Shown here: positions 1 through 10,529 of the stretch, piece after piece | Layout: each line of letters opens with the position of its first letter | How positions within the stretch are numbered: the stretch's first letter is position 1 | From: Tubiluchus corallicola | Lineage: Eukaryota; Animalia; Priapulida | NCBI GenBank assembly: GCA_030141605.1 | Contig: JAQGDQ010002399.1 | Span: 1-64,000 of the forward strand | Direction: 5' to 3' | Length of the DNA stretch: 64,000 nt | Translations under genes and position numbers: made by a program | The notes under the pieces: model-generated | What the model was told of the DNA's origin: nothing | What the model saw: only the letters and a program-made list of their open reading frames with translations | Database searches by the model: none

Positions 1-1256
1 TGCACTATATATGGAAGTCTAAGCTGTTTCAATTGAGTGAAATGAAAACTCCAGATGGGCAGAAAGTTGAGGTAGTGCATTGTGGTGAGTATAACGAAAA
101 TGCAGGCCCTGATTTTTTAAACGCAAAAATAACTCTGGATGACAAGGTATGGGTCGGAAATGTAGAAATACACATAGATGCACAGGACTGGAAGAAGCAT
201 AGACATAATAACAATAAAGCCTATGACAATGTAGTGCTACACGTAGTATACAACAACAACTATCAGGCTATACGAAGTAACGGAGAGAAGATACCTACTG
301 TGGAGTTACAGTTTGATAAGAGCTTATATACTATCTATCAAAAACTAGTCGAGGGTAATAAATATTGGGTGGCTTGTGAGGATGTGCTTATGGAAGTGGG
401 AGAATTTCATATACGCCATTGGCTTACTACAGTCTATTTTCATAGGTTGGAGCAGAAGTATGCTTATATAAAGAATATTTTGAAAGAAACGGGCAATAGT
501 TGGGAGGAAACTTTTTACCAGCACCTCGCTCGTAATTTCGGCTTTAAAGTGAATGCCGAACCTTTTGAGCGTTTGGCAAGGTCGCTACCTTTGAAAATAT
601 TGGGAAAGCATAAGGATAACTTGTTGCAGGTAGAGGCCTTGTTGTTTGGACAGGCTGGATTTTTGGAAGAAGAGAAGAAGGATATGTATTATTTGCAATT
701 GAAAAAGGAATATTGCTTTTTGAGGAAAAAATATGCCCTGAAACCAATGGAACACCACCTGTGGAAGTTTATGAGATTGCGACCTGTGAATTTTCCAACT
801 ATTCGTATAGCCCAATTTGCTATGCTTATCTACAAGTCAAGAGCCTTGTTCTCAAAAATATTAGAGACAAACGACATTAATCAAATCTATAAGTTGTTGG
901 AAGTAAAAACTTCTGATTATTGGCAAGAGCATTATACTTTTGAAAAAAAATCGCCCAAAAAAACAAAAAAACTAGGCAAAATGTCTTGTCAGAATATTGT
1001 AATTAATACAGTGATACCTATTACTTTTCTTTATGGCTTGCAAAAAGATGCACAGTACTATAAAGATAGGGTAGTGAACTGGGCAGAGCAGGTAAAACCT
1101 GAAAAAAACCATATAATTAGCAATTGGCAAAAGCTGGGGATAAAAGTTGAAAACGCTTTATACTCTCAGGCTTTAATAGAAATGAAGAACAACTATTGTA
1201 ATAAGAAAAGATGTTTGGAATGTAATGTTGGGAATAAAATTATTTTGAAGAAATAG
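1..1256 (+). CDS. DUF2851 family protein, 5'-truncated by the window edge
   Basis: Frame is open from nt 3 (HYIWKSKLFQLSEMK...), upstream of the listed TTG at 33. Motifs GPDF, GNVEIH, HNNNKAYDNVVLHV, RLRPVNFPTIRIAQ and the C-terminal YCxxKRCLECxVG are typical of Bacteroidota DUF2851. Confidence 0.85.
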   Translation, partial: HYIWKSKLFQLSEMKTPDGQKVEVVHCGEYNENAGPDFLNAKITLDDKVWVGNVEIHIDAQDWKKHRHNNNKAYDNVVLHVVYNNNYQAIRSNGEKIPTVELQFDKSLYTIYQKLVEGNKYWVACEDVLMEVGEFHIRHWLTTVYFHRLEQKYAYIKNILKETGNSWEETFYQHLARNFGFKVNAEPFERLARSLPLKILGKHKDNLLQVEALLFGQAGFLEEEKKDMYYLQLKKEYCFLRKKYALKPMEHHLWKFMRLRPVNFPTIRIAQFAMLIYKSRALFSKILETNDINQIYKLLEVKTSDYWQEHYTFEKKSPKKTKKLGKMSCQNIVINTVIPITFLYGLQKDAQYYKDRVVNWAEQVKPEKNHIISNWQKLGIKVENALYSQALIEMKNNYCNKKRCLECNVGNKIILKK

Positions 1257-1261
1257 TAGTT

Positions 1262-2272
1262 ATGCGAACATTTTTTGCTGCAATATTTTTGCTTGTTTTC
1301 ATTATTTTAGTAGGTGTTGTAGGATTCATCTTTTTTGAGGGCTATAGCCTTGTGGAAGCATTTTATATGGTGATTATTACAGTGTCTACTGTGGGGTTTA
1401 AGGAGGTGAGGGAATTATCTGATGCAGGAAGAATTTTTACTTCTATCTTGATATTATGTAATGTGGGAGTGATGGCTTATATTGGTATTATTTTTTCAAA
1501 ATATTTTTTTGGAGGAGTCTTAAAAAAGAATATTAAACAAATAAAAATGAATAATGATATTAAACAACTGAAAGACCACGTTATTGTGTGTGGGTTTGGG
1601 AAAGTAGGAAAGCAAGTAGCAATTGATTTGTGCGATGAGAAACAAAAATTTGTAGTGATAGATAACTCAGAGCTAAGAATAAAAAGGTTGAAAAAAGAAT
1701 GTTTGTCATTTCTTTACATAGAAGGTGACGCTACAAAGGATGATGTGCTGATGCAGGCAAATATAGATAAAGCTAAGGCTTTGATAACAGCTTTGCCCGA
1801 TGATGCAAGTAATGTATTTGTAGCACTTACGGCTAAAGGTATCAATCCTAATTTACGCATAGTGAGCGAGGCAGAAAATGCTAGTTCCAATTTAAAGCTA
1901 AAAAGAGCTGGAGCAGATAATGTAATAATGCCAAGTTCTATGGGAGGAAGACGTATGGCAAAACTGGTTGTGCAGCCCAATATTGTAGAGTTTGTTGAGA
2001 ATATCTTGACCTTGAATGAAAATGAAGTTAGCTTGTCGGAAATCTATTGCGGAGAAGGACAAAATGAAGAAAGCTATGGACCAAAGTCAATTAGGGAACT
2101 GCATATTAGAGGAAAATCAGGTGCAAATATCATTGGGCTTAAAAAAAAGGAAGGAGAATATGTGTTTAATCCCTCGCCTGATACAGTGCTAAATACAACA
2201 GATAGCCTTTTTGTTTTGGGCAACTCTAATCAGGTGAAATTGTTGAAGGAAATACTTTTTCATAAAGAATAA
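1262..2272 (+). CDS. Potassium channel family protein (2-TM pore + RCK_N/TrkA-N + RCK_C)
   Basis: Two hydrophobic helices around the pore signature TVSTVGF, a Rossmann motif VCGFGKVG, then GDAT...ANIDKAKAL and a C-terminal TrkA_C-like segment. Confidence 0.9.
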   Translation: MRTFFAAIFLLVFIILVGVVGFIFFEGYSLVEAFYMVIITVSTVGFKEVRELSDAGRIFTSILILCNVGVMAYIGIIFSKYFFGGVLKKNIKQIKMNNDIKQLKDHVIVCGFGKVGKQVAIDLCDEKQKFVVIDNSELRIKRLKKECLSFLYIEGDATKDDVLMQANIDKAKALITALPDDASNVFVALTAKGINPNLRIVSEAENASSNLKLKRAGADNVIMPSSMGGRRMAKLVVQPNIVEFVENILTLNENEVSLSEIYCGEGQNEESYGPKSIRELHIRGKSGANIIGLKKKEGEYVFNPSPDTVLNTTDSLFVLGNSNQVKLLKEILFHKE

Positions 2273-2442
2273 TGCTAATTATTATTGGTTGTTGTTTTTT
2301 GTTTTTTTTTTTTTTTTTGTGTGTGGTTTTTGTGTGTTGGGTAAAAAGTGTTTTGCAAGAATGATGTACTACTTATTATCAGTTTTCTAGTACATTACCA
2401 AAATAATTTAGATTCATTTTTGCTATTTAAATGATTATAAGC

Positions 2443-2450
2443 TATCTTTG
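2443..2450 (+). promoter_or_regulatory. Bacteroidota sigma-A -7 element (TATCTTTG)
   Basis: Matches TAnnTTTG, 26 nt upstream of the ATG at 2477. Confidence 0.55.
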
Positions 2451-2476
2451 TTCTAACTAATTAATTACGAAATTAT

Positions 2477-2890
2477 ATGAAAAGGACTTGTTTGATAGGA
2501 TTTAATTTGGTTTTTTTACTTCTTATTGTTACTTGTTCAAAAAAAGAAAGTAATCCACCTGTTGCTGTTCCTCAAATAAATAGCCTTAGTGTAATCCCAG
2601 ATACTTTTAAGGTAGGCGAGAAGATAACAGTAAATGCAACTGTAAAGGATGAAAAGGGGCTGCAATCTTATCAGATACTTATTGGATATGACGAATTAAA
2701 AGGAACAAATGAATTATTTATTGAGTTTGATTCTACCTATGTGTCTGATATCAAATCGGATGATATAAGCAAAGAATTTGATATTCCCGCTGAAACTAAA
2801 ATTTCACCTGCAAACGTTAGTTTAAGAGTAATTAATACCTCTAATAAAAGCAAAGTAAAAGTGTTGTACGATATAGGGGTTATTCAATAG
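2477..2890 (+). CDS. Lipoprotein with Ig-like domain (DUF4625-like)
   Basis: Lipobox-like IVTC followed by SKKES, then a beta-strand pattern including ITVNATVKDEKGLQSY. Confidence 0.6.
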   Translation: MKRTCLIGFNLVFLLLIVTCSKKESNPPVAVPQINSLSVIPDTFKVGEKITVNATVKDEKGLQSYQILIGYDELKGTNELFIEFDSTYVSDIKSDDISKEFDIPAETKISPANVSLRVINTSNKSKVKVLYDIGVIQ

Positions 2891-2985
2891 ATCTATTTAA
2901 TATAATTATTAAGAAAAGTTGATTTTTTTATTTTCTTTGTTTCGGTTTTTATATATTTGAGTGATTAATAAATTTTATATTTTGT

Positions 2986-3594
2986 ATGAAAGGTAAAAAT
3001 GTTGAAGTGAAAAAATATTTAATTGTAGTTATTTCTTTTCTAATGGTTAGTAGCCTTCTAAAAGCTCAAGAAACATTTACAGATAATAGAGATGGGAAGT
3101 CATATAAAACAGTAGTTATTGGTAATAATGTTTGGATGACGGAGAATATGCAATACGAAACAATGGGGTCGTGGTGTTATGAAAACGAGAAGGCTAATTG
3201 TGTTAAATACGGTAGACTATATACTTGGGATATGGCTATTAGTGTTTGCCCAGCAGGTTGGCACCTACCTACTGAGAAAGAATGGCAGAATTTGGAAGTG
3301 TCTTTGGGTATTTCTTCTGACGAACTTGATGAAAGTGGGTTTAGGGGAGATAATCAAGCTACTTTGCTGAAAGTAGGAGGGAGCAGTGGTTTCGAAGCTC
3401 AATATGCGGGTTACAAGCCCTGGGTAGGTGGTTTTTATAATTTAAACCAACATGCTTATTTTTGGACTGCTACAATAGACGAGCAGGCTAAGAGCCTTAT
3501 AAAATACCGTTCTTTATTTACAGAAGAGGAACGTATAAATAAAGGAGAATTGGACAAAAAAAACGCTTTATCTGTTAGGTGTGTGAAGGATTAA
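2986..3594 (+). CDS. FISUMP (Fibrobacter succinogenes major paralogous domain) secreted protein
   Basis: FTDNRDGKSYKTVVIGNNVWMTEN, YGRLYTW, CPAGWHLPT..EW and C-terminal SVRCVKD, after a signal peptide. Confidence 0.9.
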   Translation: MKGKNVEVKKYLIVVISFLMVSSLLKAQETFTDNRDGKSYKTVVIGNNVWMTENMQYETMGSWCYENEKANCVKYGRLYTWDMAISVCPAGWHLPTEKEWQNLEVSLGISSDELDESGFRGDNQATLLKVGGSSGFEAQYAGYKPWVGGFYNLNQHAYFWTATIDEQAKSLIKYRSLFTEEERINKGELDKKNALSVRCVKD

Positions 3595-3919
3595 GTAGTA
3601 ATTTTCAGGGCTATTCTTTGGCTTGCTCCATAGCTGTTAAGACAATTTCATAAAAAATCAAATAGACTGAACGGGTTTCTTAAATCAAACAAGCCCATTT
3701 TTTGTGTTTTTCTTTTGCACAATGATACGAGGTATAGATTGTGGTAATGTATTAAGAGTTGGTAGTAAACAGTTATCTTGTGCGTTTAAGATTCCTGATA
3801 TTTTGCGACAACAAAATTCGGGAATGACAATGATATTATATAGTATTTTCTACCTTGTTAATAATAGCAAACACTACCAAAATAAAAACAATAACTTATA
3901 GTTACTCTTATTTAATTAC

Positions 3920-5917
3920 TCATTTCCCAACTCCAACACCTCGTAAAAACGGATAGCCTTCATTAATAACCCCTGTTTCATCTATATCCCAAATGGTACT
4001 AAAGTCCCATCCTTTCTTTTCAAACTCTTCTTTCTTTTTCATCAATTTTGTAGAAGAACCATTCTGACCTCCGCCATCGCCCCCACCACCAGAAAATTTA
4101 GCCTGCCCTGATGTTTCTAAATCATAATAACTATCTTTTATTTTGCCTTGTAGATGATTGTATCCCACAAAGCCGCCAAACTTATTATTAACAGGAGTGG
4201 TATTTTCTTTTACAAACCCTGTGGCATAGCAGTTTTCTATCCTAGAAACTGCTGCAGAATTTTCTCCTACCAGACCCCCTATGTAACATAAGGTAGATAC
4301 TACATTCTTTGCTTCAACACTTCCTCTTGAATAGCAGTTTTGTGCCGTAGCCTCTATAGGACCTCCATTAGTTCCAATAAGTCCACCAATACGACTATTT
4401 CCTATTACCTTACCTGTGGCATAGCAATTTTTTATTTTTTGTCCTTGCACTCCTACCAGTCCTCCAGCATGTGTCCTATTAGTTCCTTTAATGCAAGTTA
4501 CATCTGCTGTGCTATAACAATTATTTATTTCCCCATCATTCCAACTCACCAGACCACCAACATAGTCGATCCCTACTACACTTCCCGTAGAATAGCAATC
4601 ACTTATAAGTACATCAAAAATGTAACCAACCAGCCCCCCAACATGCTCTCCTCCATTTACTCCTATTGCTGACGTTTCTACACCTACATTCTTTATTACT
4701 ACGGCATCATCATTATTTTCTCCACTAGCATACCCAAATACTCCCGAAAACATCTGACTGGGACGATTGACACAGAAATTACTTATTACATAATATTGGC
4801 CATCAAACGTTCCCGTAAAAGGATCGGTGGAACTGCCTAAGGGGGAAAAACCAGAACTTGAAAAACCGTCTTCATTTGGATTGGGAAAAACAATATCGTT
4901 TTCTAAAATATAATCTCCTCCTAAATCATTTTTAATACCCTGTAAGTCTTGCCAACTTTTTACTTTGTACTGCTCTTTGAGAACAGTATAGTTAAAGTTG
5001 TTCCCTGCCAATACCAAAGAAGTCGCAACATCTCCATCTGGTATTGTTTTCCAACTATTAGAGGATAAGTTACTAGTTATAACTCCTTTACCATTCTCTA
5101 CAACAACCGTTCCACTCCCAGCACTTTCTGTCCCTATTTTCAATGTATAACTATAACTACCATCTGATAAATTACTTAACTCAAATAAGTCAGTTTTATC
5201 AAAATCGCCTGCTCCTATACGATTTGCTTCTTCGTAGTAGCTCACTGCTTTCAAAACAGGTTCTTTGCTACTAACTGTTGTTACCTTGTAAGTTTTTGTA
5301 ATTTTACCATCTTGAGTTGTTACTTCATAATGTACAGGGGTAGAAAAGTCTTTCTCTTTTTCACTTGGTGGGTTTACCGTGGCTCCTAATGATACGTTTA
5401 TAGTTGGGGTAAATTTGTTGCCCGTTACACCATAGGGCAGCATCATTCTTATATCAGTGTTCAATATATCTCCCTTCAAATCAGAGGTTAGCGAAGGGTT
5501 TTTTTCTACTTTAAATATAAAAGAAACAATTTCTGCCTTTTCACTTAAAGAAGAGATGGGTACTCTAACGGTATAAACTTTTTTTGCTATTCCATCTTCT
5601 GCAACCACGACATAGGATACAGAACTTGTAAAGTTTGCTACTTCACCTTTGGCAAGTCTTATTGTTGCTCCATCAGATATTTTTATAGTAGGTACTAATT
5701 TACTTCTGTCAGTACCATAAGCAACCTCATTTGTAGTTATATTTACACCTTCTATATGCCCAATTAAATCATTATCCAACATATCGTTGTTAGATGCTTC
5801 AAATATAAAAGAGCTAATCTCATTATCAGAAGATTTTGGAGCTTCTAACTCTTCTTTATTGCACCCAAATGCTAATGCAAAAAACAATAAAACAAAGTAC
5901 TTGAATTCAACTTTCAT
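3920..5917 (-). CDS. Surface lipoprotein with two DUF5018-like Ig repeats and a GLUG-motif beta-helical domain
   Basis: Lipobox FGC-NKEE. Two repeats of PTI.vS.GAT...F...V.Y.V...DG...K.Y.V. FTGTFDG followed by many VGGLVG/CYSTG repeats and WDFSTIW...GYPFL. Confidence 0.85.
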   Translation of the reverse strand: MKVEFKYFVLLFFALAFGCNKEELEAPKSSDNEISSFIFEASNNDMLDNDLIGHIEGVNITTNEVAYGTDRSKLVPTIKISDGATIRLAKGEVANFTSSVSYVVVAEDGIAKKVYTVRVPISSLSEKAEIVSFIFKVEKNPSLTSDLKGDILNTDIRMMLPYGVTGNKFTPTINVSLGATVNPPSEKEKDFSTPVHYEVTTQDGKITKTYKVTTVSSKEPVLKAVSYYEEANRIGAGDFDKTDLFELSNLSDGSYSYTLKIGTESAGSGTVVVENGKGVITSNLSSNSWKTIPDGDVATSLVLAGNNFNYTVLKEQYKVKSWQDLQGIKNDLGGDYILENDIVFPNPNEDGFSSSGFSPLGSSTDPFTGTFDGQYYVISNFCVNRPSQMFSGVFGYASGENNDDAVVIKNVGVETSAIGVNGGEHVGGLVGYIFDVLISDCYSTGSVVGIDYVGGLVSWNDGEINNCYSTADVTCIKGTNRTHAGGLVGVQGQKIKNCYATGKVIGNSRIGGLIGTNGGPIEATAQNCYSRGSVEAKNVVSTLCYIGGLVGENSAAVSRIENCYATGFVKENTTPVNNKFGGFVGYNHLQGKIKDSYYDLETSGQAKFSGGGGDGGGQNGSSTKLMKKKEEFEKKGWDFSTIWDIDETGVINEGYPFLRGVGVGK

Positions 5918-6530
5918 TGCTACTGTATAAAACTACAAGCTATAATATAGTTATAATATAGTAAATAAAAAAATAAAAAACAAACATAATTCAAAAAAAT
6001 AAGACAATGACATACAATTTTAAATTCTTCTTATGAATCAAGTCCTAAATTAAAATTTCTGTGCAGTAGAGAACAAGTGCCCTTAAAGGATTTTGATAGA
6101 AAAATAAGCGGCAGGCGAAGCAATTATACTTTCTCACTGTTTGAGCCTTTTGAAAATAAGATATAATGAGTAAAAGAGAAGAAAAAAGCAGTATCAAACC
6201 AAAAAACAAACTTAAAGTAAATTAAGAGTTAAGAATTAAAAACGTATAAGACACCTGCCTTTGCAACTATGACATACTGCTTACCACCAACTTCTAATAC
6301 ATTATCTTTATCTTAGAGTTTGTAAGTATAAAAAACTGATTTTCAATAGAATGAGTCATTTTTACAGTTTTTGGCAAGCTTTTTTTCTTGCGGCTCTAAT
6401 ATCTATGGTTTCTCTTGTTGTCCTAAGGTTGTAGGGTAAATACAAAGCAAGGGCAGTAGATAGCGAACCTTCTTTATGCTCAAAATTAAAAATTAAAGCA
6501 TAAACCTATTACAGTTTTTAATTAAAAGCT

Positions 6531-6538
6531 TACCTTTG
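6531..6538 (+). promoter_or_regulatory. Bacteroidota -7 promoter element (TACCTTTG)
   Basis: TAnnTTTG upstream of the DUF368-ctpA pair. Its position supports the ATG at 6574 as the start. Confidence 0.55.
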
Positions 6539-6573
6539 CAAGGTATTTGCCACCTGCTATATCACAAAATGAA

Positions 6574-7515
6574 ATGAAAAAAACAATACGAGTTTTTGTA
6601 TCTACTGTTTTAAAAGGTATGGCAATGGGGGCTGCTGATGTAGTTCCTGGTGTATCGGGTGGAACTATCGCTTTTATTACTGGTATTTATGAGGAGTTGA
6701 TTAATTCTATTAAATCCATTAATTATACCAACCTAAAATTAATTCTTAAAGCTAAGTTCAAAGAATTTTTTCAAGCTATTAATGGTAGGTTTCTTTTTAC
6801 TCTATTCTTTGGTATTGCTATTAGTATTATCACGCTTTCTAAGATAATTAGGCATCTTTTAAATGTATATCCCATTTTTGTGTGGTCGTTTTTCTTTGGG
6901 CTTATTGTAGCTTCTGCCATAGTAGTAGCTAAAAGAATTACAGAAAGAAATACTCATATTGTAATTGTTGTTTTACTTGGTGCCTTGTTTTCTTATTATG
7001 TTACAATTTTAAATCCTATTTCTACTGCTGAAAATTATCTCTTCATTTTTTTTACTGGAGCTATTGCTGTCTGTGCTATGATACTTCCCGGCATATCTGG
7101 AGCATTTATGCTGTTACTACTTGGCAAGTACACTTTTACTTTAGAAGCAGTTAATGAGCTCAGAATGGATATTATTATTACACTTGGGGCTGGTGCAGTT
7201 ATTGGATTGATTAGTTTTTCTAATTTGCTCTCGTGGTTATTGAAAAGGTATCATAACCTTACGATAGCTTTTTTGTCAGGTTTTATGATAGGTTCTTTAA
7301 ATAAAGTGTGGGTTTGGAAGCGTCCTTTGAAATATTATACTAATAGTAAGGGAGAGTTGAAACCTCTTATAGAAGAAAACGTATTACCAAGTACTTATGC
7401 ACAATTTACGCAGCAGGACCCAAAATTGTTTGGAGCTATTATATTTGCAATTGTTGGTTTTTTAGCAGTATATGGCATAGAAAAACTAGCAAGGAATAAG
7501 ACTACTAATAAATAA
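6574..7515 (+). CDS. DUF368 membrane protein (putative undecaprenyl-phosphate translocase)
   Basis: KGMAMGAADVVPGVSGGTIAFITGIY and AMILPGISGA repeats with multiple TM helices. Start moved to the ATG at 6574. Confidence 0.9.
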   Translation: MKKTIRVFVSTVLKGMAMGAADVVPGVSGGTIAFITGIYEELINSIKSINYTNLKLILKAKFKEFFQAINGRFLFTLFFGIAISIITLSKIIRHLLNVYPIFVWSFFFGLIVASAIVVAKRITERNTHIVIVVLLGALFSYYVTILNPISTAENYLFIFFTGAIAVCAMILPGISGAFMLLLLGKYTFTLEAVNELRMDIIITLGAGAVIGLISFSNLLSWLLKRYHNLTIAFLSGFMIGSLNKVWVWKRPLKYYTNSKGELKPLIEENVLPSTYAQFTQQDPKLFGAIIFAIVGFLAVYGIEKLARNKTTNK

Positions 7516-7575
7516 ATATACAGATAAGATGAAGCATAAGCGTTTGCTTTTGTTCCTACTAAAATAAAAAATAAT

Positions 7576-9180
7576 ATGAAAAAAATAAACGCCTTCCTTA
7601 TAACATTATTTCTCTCCCTCTCATATTTTCCACTGCAAGCACAGTTTATAGATAGAGATTCTCAAAAATTGACTTATGCTATTAATATTATTAAAACTTT
7701 TTATGTAGATACGATAAATTCCGGCGAGCTGGTAGAAAGTGCTATTGTTAAAATGCTTTCGGAGCTAGATCCTCACTCCTCTTATATTAGTGCTAAAGAT
7801 GTGGAAGAAATGAGCGAACCAATAATGGCCAACTTTGAAGGAATAGGTATAGAGTTTAATATTTTTAAAGATACTTTAATGGTTGTGCGAACTATACCTG
7901 GTGGCCCCTCTGAAAAGGTAGGTTTACGAGCAGGGGATAGAATAATAGAGATAAATAGTGAAAACGTAGCAGGTATAGGGTTGAAGAATAGTGAGGTGAT
8001 AAAAAAACTAAGGGGCGACAAAGGAACAGTTGTAACTATAAGGGTAAAAAGAAAGCGAGCAAAAACTTTTCTCTTTTTTAAAATTACACGCGATAAAATA
8101 CCTCTTTCAAGCATAGATGCAAGTTATTTGGTAAATAATGAGACTGGCTACATAAAAATAAACCGTTTTTCACTAAGTACGGGCAGAGAATTTGCTAGAG
8201 CTTTAGACAGTTTGCAAAAGCACAATATAAATAGCCTTATCATAGATTTAAGAGGTAATGGGGGCGGATTGCTTAGTGCTGCGATTAGCATAACGGAGCT
8301 GTTTTTACCTCCTAAAAATTTAGTGGTCTATACTGAGGGGATCAGAGCTCCTAAACAGGAATTTGTTTCCAAGAAAAGAACTGGGTTTAAAAAAGGGCAA
8401 ATTGTAGTTCTTTTAGATGAAGAAAGTGCTTCTGCAAGTGAAATTTTAGCCGGAGCCATACAAGATTGGGATAGGGGAGTGCTGATAGGACGCCGTTCAT
8501 TTGGCAAAGGCTTAGTGCAAAGGCAGTATTCACTATTTGATGGTTCGGAAATACGTCTTACTACTGCAAGGTATTACACACCTACGGGTCGCCTTATTCA
8601 AAAACCGTATGGTGAAGGAGTAAAAGAGTATAGGAGAGAATTGTATCATAGGTATGAAACAGGCGAATTATATGAGCAAGATAGCATTCCTCATTCACCT
8701 GACTCCCTGAAATATTATACTTTAAAGAATAATAGAGTTGTGTATGGTGGAGGGGGAATTACTCCTGATGTATTTGTTCCGTTAGATACTACTTATTTTA
8801 CGGATTATTATAGAAGTCTTATTGCTAATGCTATTATTATAGATTTTGTGTATAACTACGTAGATGTGAATAGGCAAAAACTGTTGGCAGAATATGAAAC
8901 TTTTGATAGTTTTAAAAATAATTTTGAGATTGGTGATGATGTTATAGAAGAGATAACGAAAAATGGTGAAAAAGATAGTATCACTATTAATGAAGAAGAA
9001 TTACAAATTTCACTGCCCCACATTAAACTGATAACAAAAGCCTATATAGCTAGTAATATTTGGGGACGTTCTTATTTCTTTGAGCTATACAATGAATTTT
9101 CTCAAGAGTACCAAGAAGCATTGAAGCTACTGGGCGATAAAAAGCGGTATAATTTATATTTGCGAGGATTAAAGAATTAA
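7576..9180 (+). CDS. ctpA: S41 family C-terminal processing peptidase with PDZ domain
   Basis: LDPHS, PDZ GIGI...GGPSEKVGL..GD.I, DLRGNGGG, SASASEI, GRRSFGKGLVQ, TARYYTPTGR. Confidence 0.9.
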   Translation: MKKINAFLITLFLSLSYFPLQAQFIDRDSQKLTYAINIIKTFYVDTINSGELVESAIVKMLSELDPHSSYISAKDVEEMSEPIMANFEGIGIEFNIFKDTLMVVRTIPGGPSEKVGLRAGDRIIEINSENVAGIGLKNSEVIKKLRGDKGTVVTIRVKRKRAKTFLFFKITRDKIPLSSIDASYLVNNETGYIKINRFSLSTGREFARALDSLQKHNINSLIIDLRGNGGGLLSAAISITELFLPPKNLVVYTEGIRAPKQEFVSKKRTGFKKGQIVVLLDEESASASEILAGAIQDWDRGVLIGRRSFGKGLVQRQYSLFDGSEIRLTTARYYTPTGRLIQKPYGEGVKEYRRELYHRYETGELYEQDSIPHSPDSLKYYTLKNNRVVYGGGGITPDVFVPLDTTYFTDYYRSLIANAIIIDFVYNYVDVNRQKLLAEYETFDSFKNNFEIGDDVIEEITKNGEKDSITINEEELQISLPHIKLITKAYIASNIWGRSYFFELYNEFSQEYQEALKLLGDKKRYNLYLRGLKN

Positions 9181-9277
9181 AGTGTTGATTTGCAGCTTGT
9201 TATAGGGTTTTATATTTTCTTTATTTTTATAGATGGTGTATAAAGGAGATGGTGGTAAACGACAATCGTTTTTAGTC

Positions 9278-10384
9278 TTACAATATTCCTTTGGTGGAAG
9301 GTGTAGATAGGTTATTAACATCGCGACGAATAGCTGTTTTGATAGATTTGGCAAAGCACTTAAATATGGCTTCTATTTTATGATGCTCATTGCTACCTTC
9401 TGCTTTTATGTTGAGGTTACATTTTGCTGCATCACTAAACGACTTAAAAAAGTGAAAGAACATTTCAGTGGGCATTTCGCCTATCTTTTCTCTGTTAAAA
9501 TCAGCCTCCCATACCAACCAGTTACGTCCTCCAAAGTCTATAGCCACTTGGGCAAGGCAATCGTCCATTGGCAAGCAAAATCCATATCTTTCTATGCCTA
9601 TTTTATTGCCCAAAGCCTTTAAAAAGGTTTCTCCAATAGCAATAGCTGTATCTTCTATGGTATGATGTTCGTCTACTTCTAAATCTCCTTTTACTCTAAC
9701 GGTTAAGTCCACTCCTGAATGTTTGCCTAATTGTTCTAACATATGGTCAAAAAAGGAAATGCCAGTGTTTATATTTGTTTTGCCACTACCGTCTAAACTT
9801 AACTTTACATTGATGTTTGTTTCCTTAGTTGTTCTTTGTGTTTCTGCATAACGATTTTTTAACCTAAGAAATTTATATATTGTTTCCCAATCAGTAGTTT
9901 GTAGAGCAACATAGTCCTCTAATTGTTTATCTATTGTGGTTTTGTTTATAAATATACCTTGTGAATGCAGATTTTTTGCCAGTTCTATATCTGTGGTTCT
10001 ATCTCCTATTACAAAGGAATTCGCAAGGTCGTAATTGCCTTCCATATATTTGGTTAGCATACCTGTTCGAGGCTTGCGGGTAGGAGCATTGTCGTCTGGA
10101 AAAGACCTATCTATAAGTATATCTGCAAATGTAATCCCTTCATTTTCAAAGGCTTGTATTATTTTGTTATGTGTAGGGTGAAAAGTGTTTTCGGGAAAAG
10201 AAGATGTTCCCAGTCCATCTTGGTTGCTTACCATTACTAATTCATAGTCTAATTCCTTTACTATGCGAGAAAGGTATTGAAACACTTTTGGGAAAAATTC
10301 CAATTTTTCCAAACTGTCTAACTGTTCATCTTCTGGCTCTATTACTAATGTACCATCTCTGTCTATAAATAGGACTTTTTTCAT
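9278..10384 (-). CDS. hisB: Bifunctional histidinol-phosphatase / imidazoleglycerol-phosphate dehydratase
   Basis: HAD motif FIDRDGT and SNQDG. IGPD motifs [25 protein letters not shown] and PSTKG. Start at MKKVLF. Confidence 0.95.
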   Translation of the reverse strand: MKKVLFIDRDGTLVIEPEDEQLDSLEKLEFFPKVFQYLSRIVKELDYELVMVSNQDGLGTSSFPENTFHPTHNKIIQAFENEGITFADILIDRSFPDDNAPTRKPRTGMLTKYMEGNYDLANSFVIGDRTTDIELAKNLHSQGIFINKTTIDKQLEDYVALQTTDWETIYKFLRLKNRYAETQRTTKETNINVKLSLDGSGKTNINTGISFFDHMLEQLGKHSGVDLTVRVKGDLEVDEHHTIEDTAIAIGETFLKALGNKIGIERYGFCLPMDDCLAQVAIDFGGRNWLVWEADFNREKIGEMPTEMFFHFFKSFSDAAKCNLNIKAEGSNEHHKIEAIFKCFAKSIKTAIRRDVNNLSTPSTKGIL

Positions 10385-10529
10385 AAGAATACTTGAAAAC
10401 AAGGATTTGTGTTTAATAGAGATTAATATTTTATTTTAAAAAACAAATGTAGTAAATTAATAAATACTTAAATAAGTCTGTATTTTATCTGCAAAGTTAG
10501 GTAGATATAATGAACTATATAAGCTAATA

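Noticed and set aside
2286-2342. G/T-only low-complexity tract with long poly-T
   Set aside because: It has no defined repeat unit or structure and is likely simple sequence or a sequencing artefact.
2986-3594. FISUMP gene as a diversity-generating retroelement target
   Set aside because: The C-terminal SVRCVKD fold is DGR-compatible, but I saw no template repeat or reverse transcriptase in the window.
6040-6480. Possible gene remnants or structured RNA in the 630-bp gap before DUF368
   Set aside because: Some stretches look coding-like, but I could recognise no consistent frame, family motif or convincing fold.
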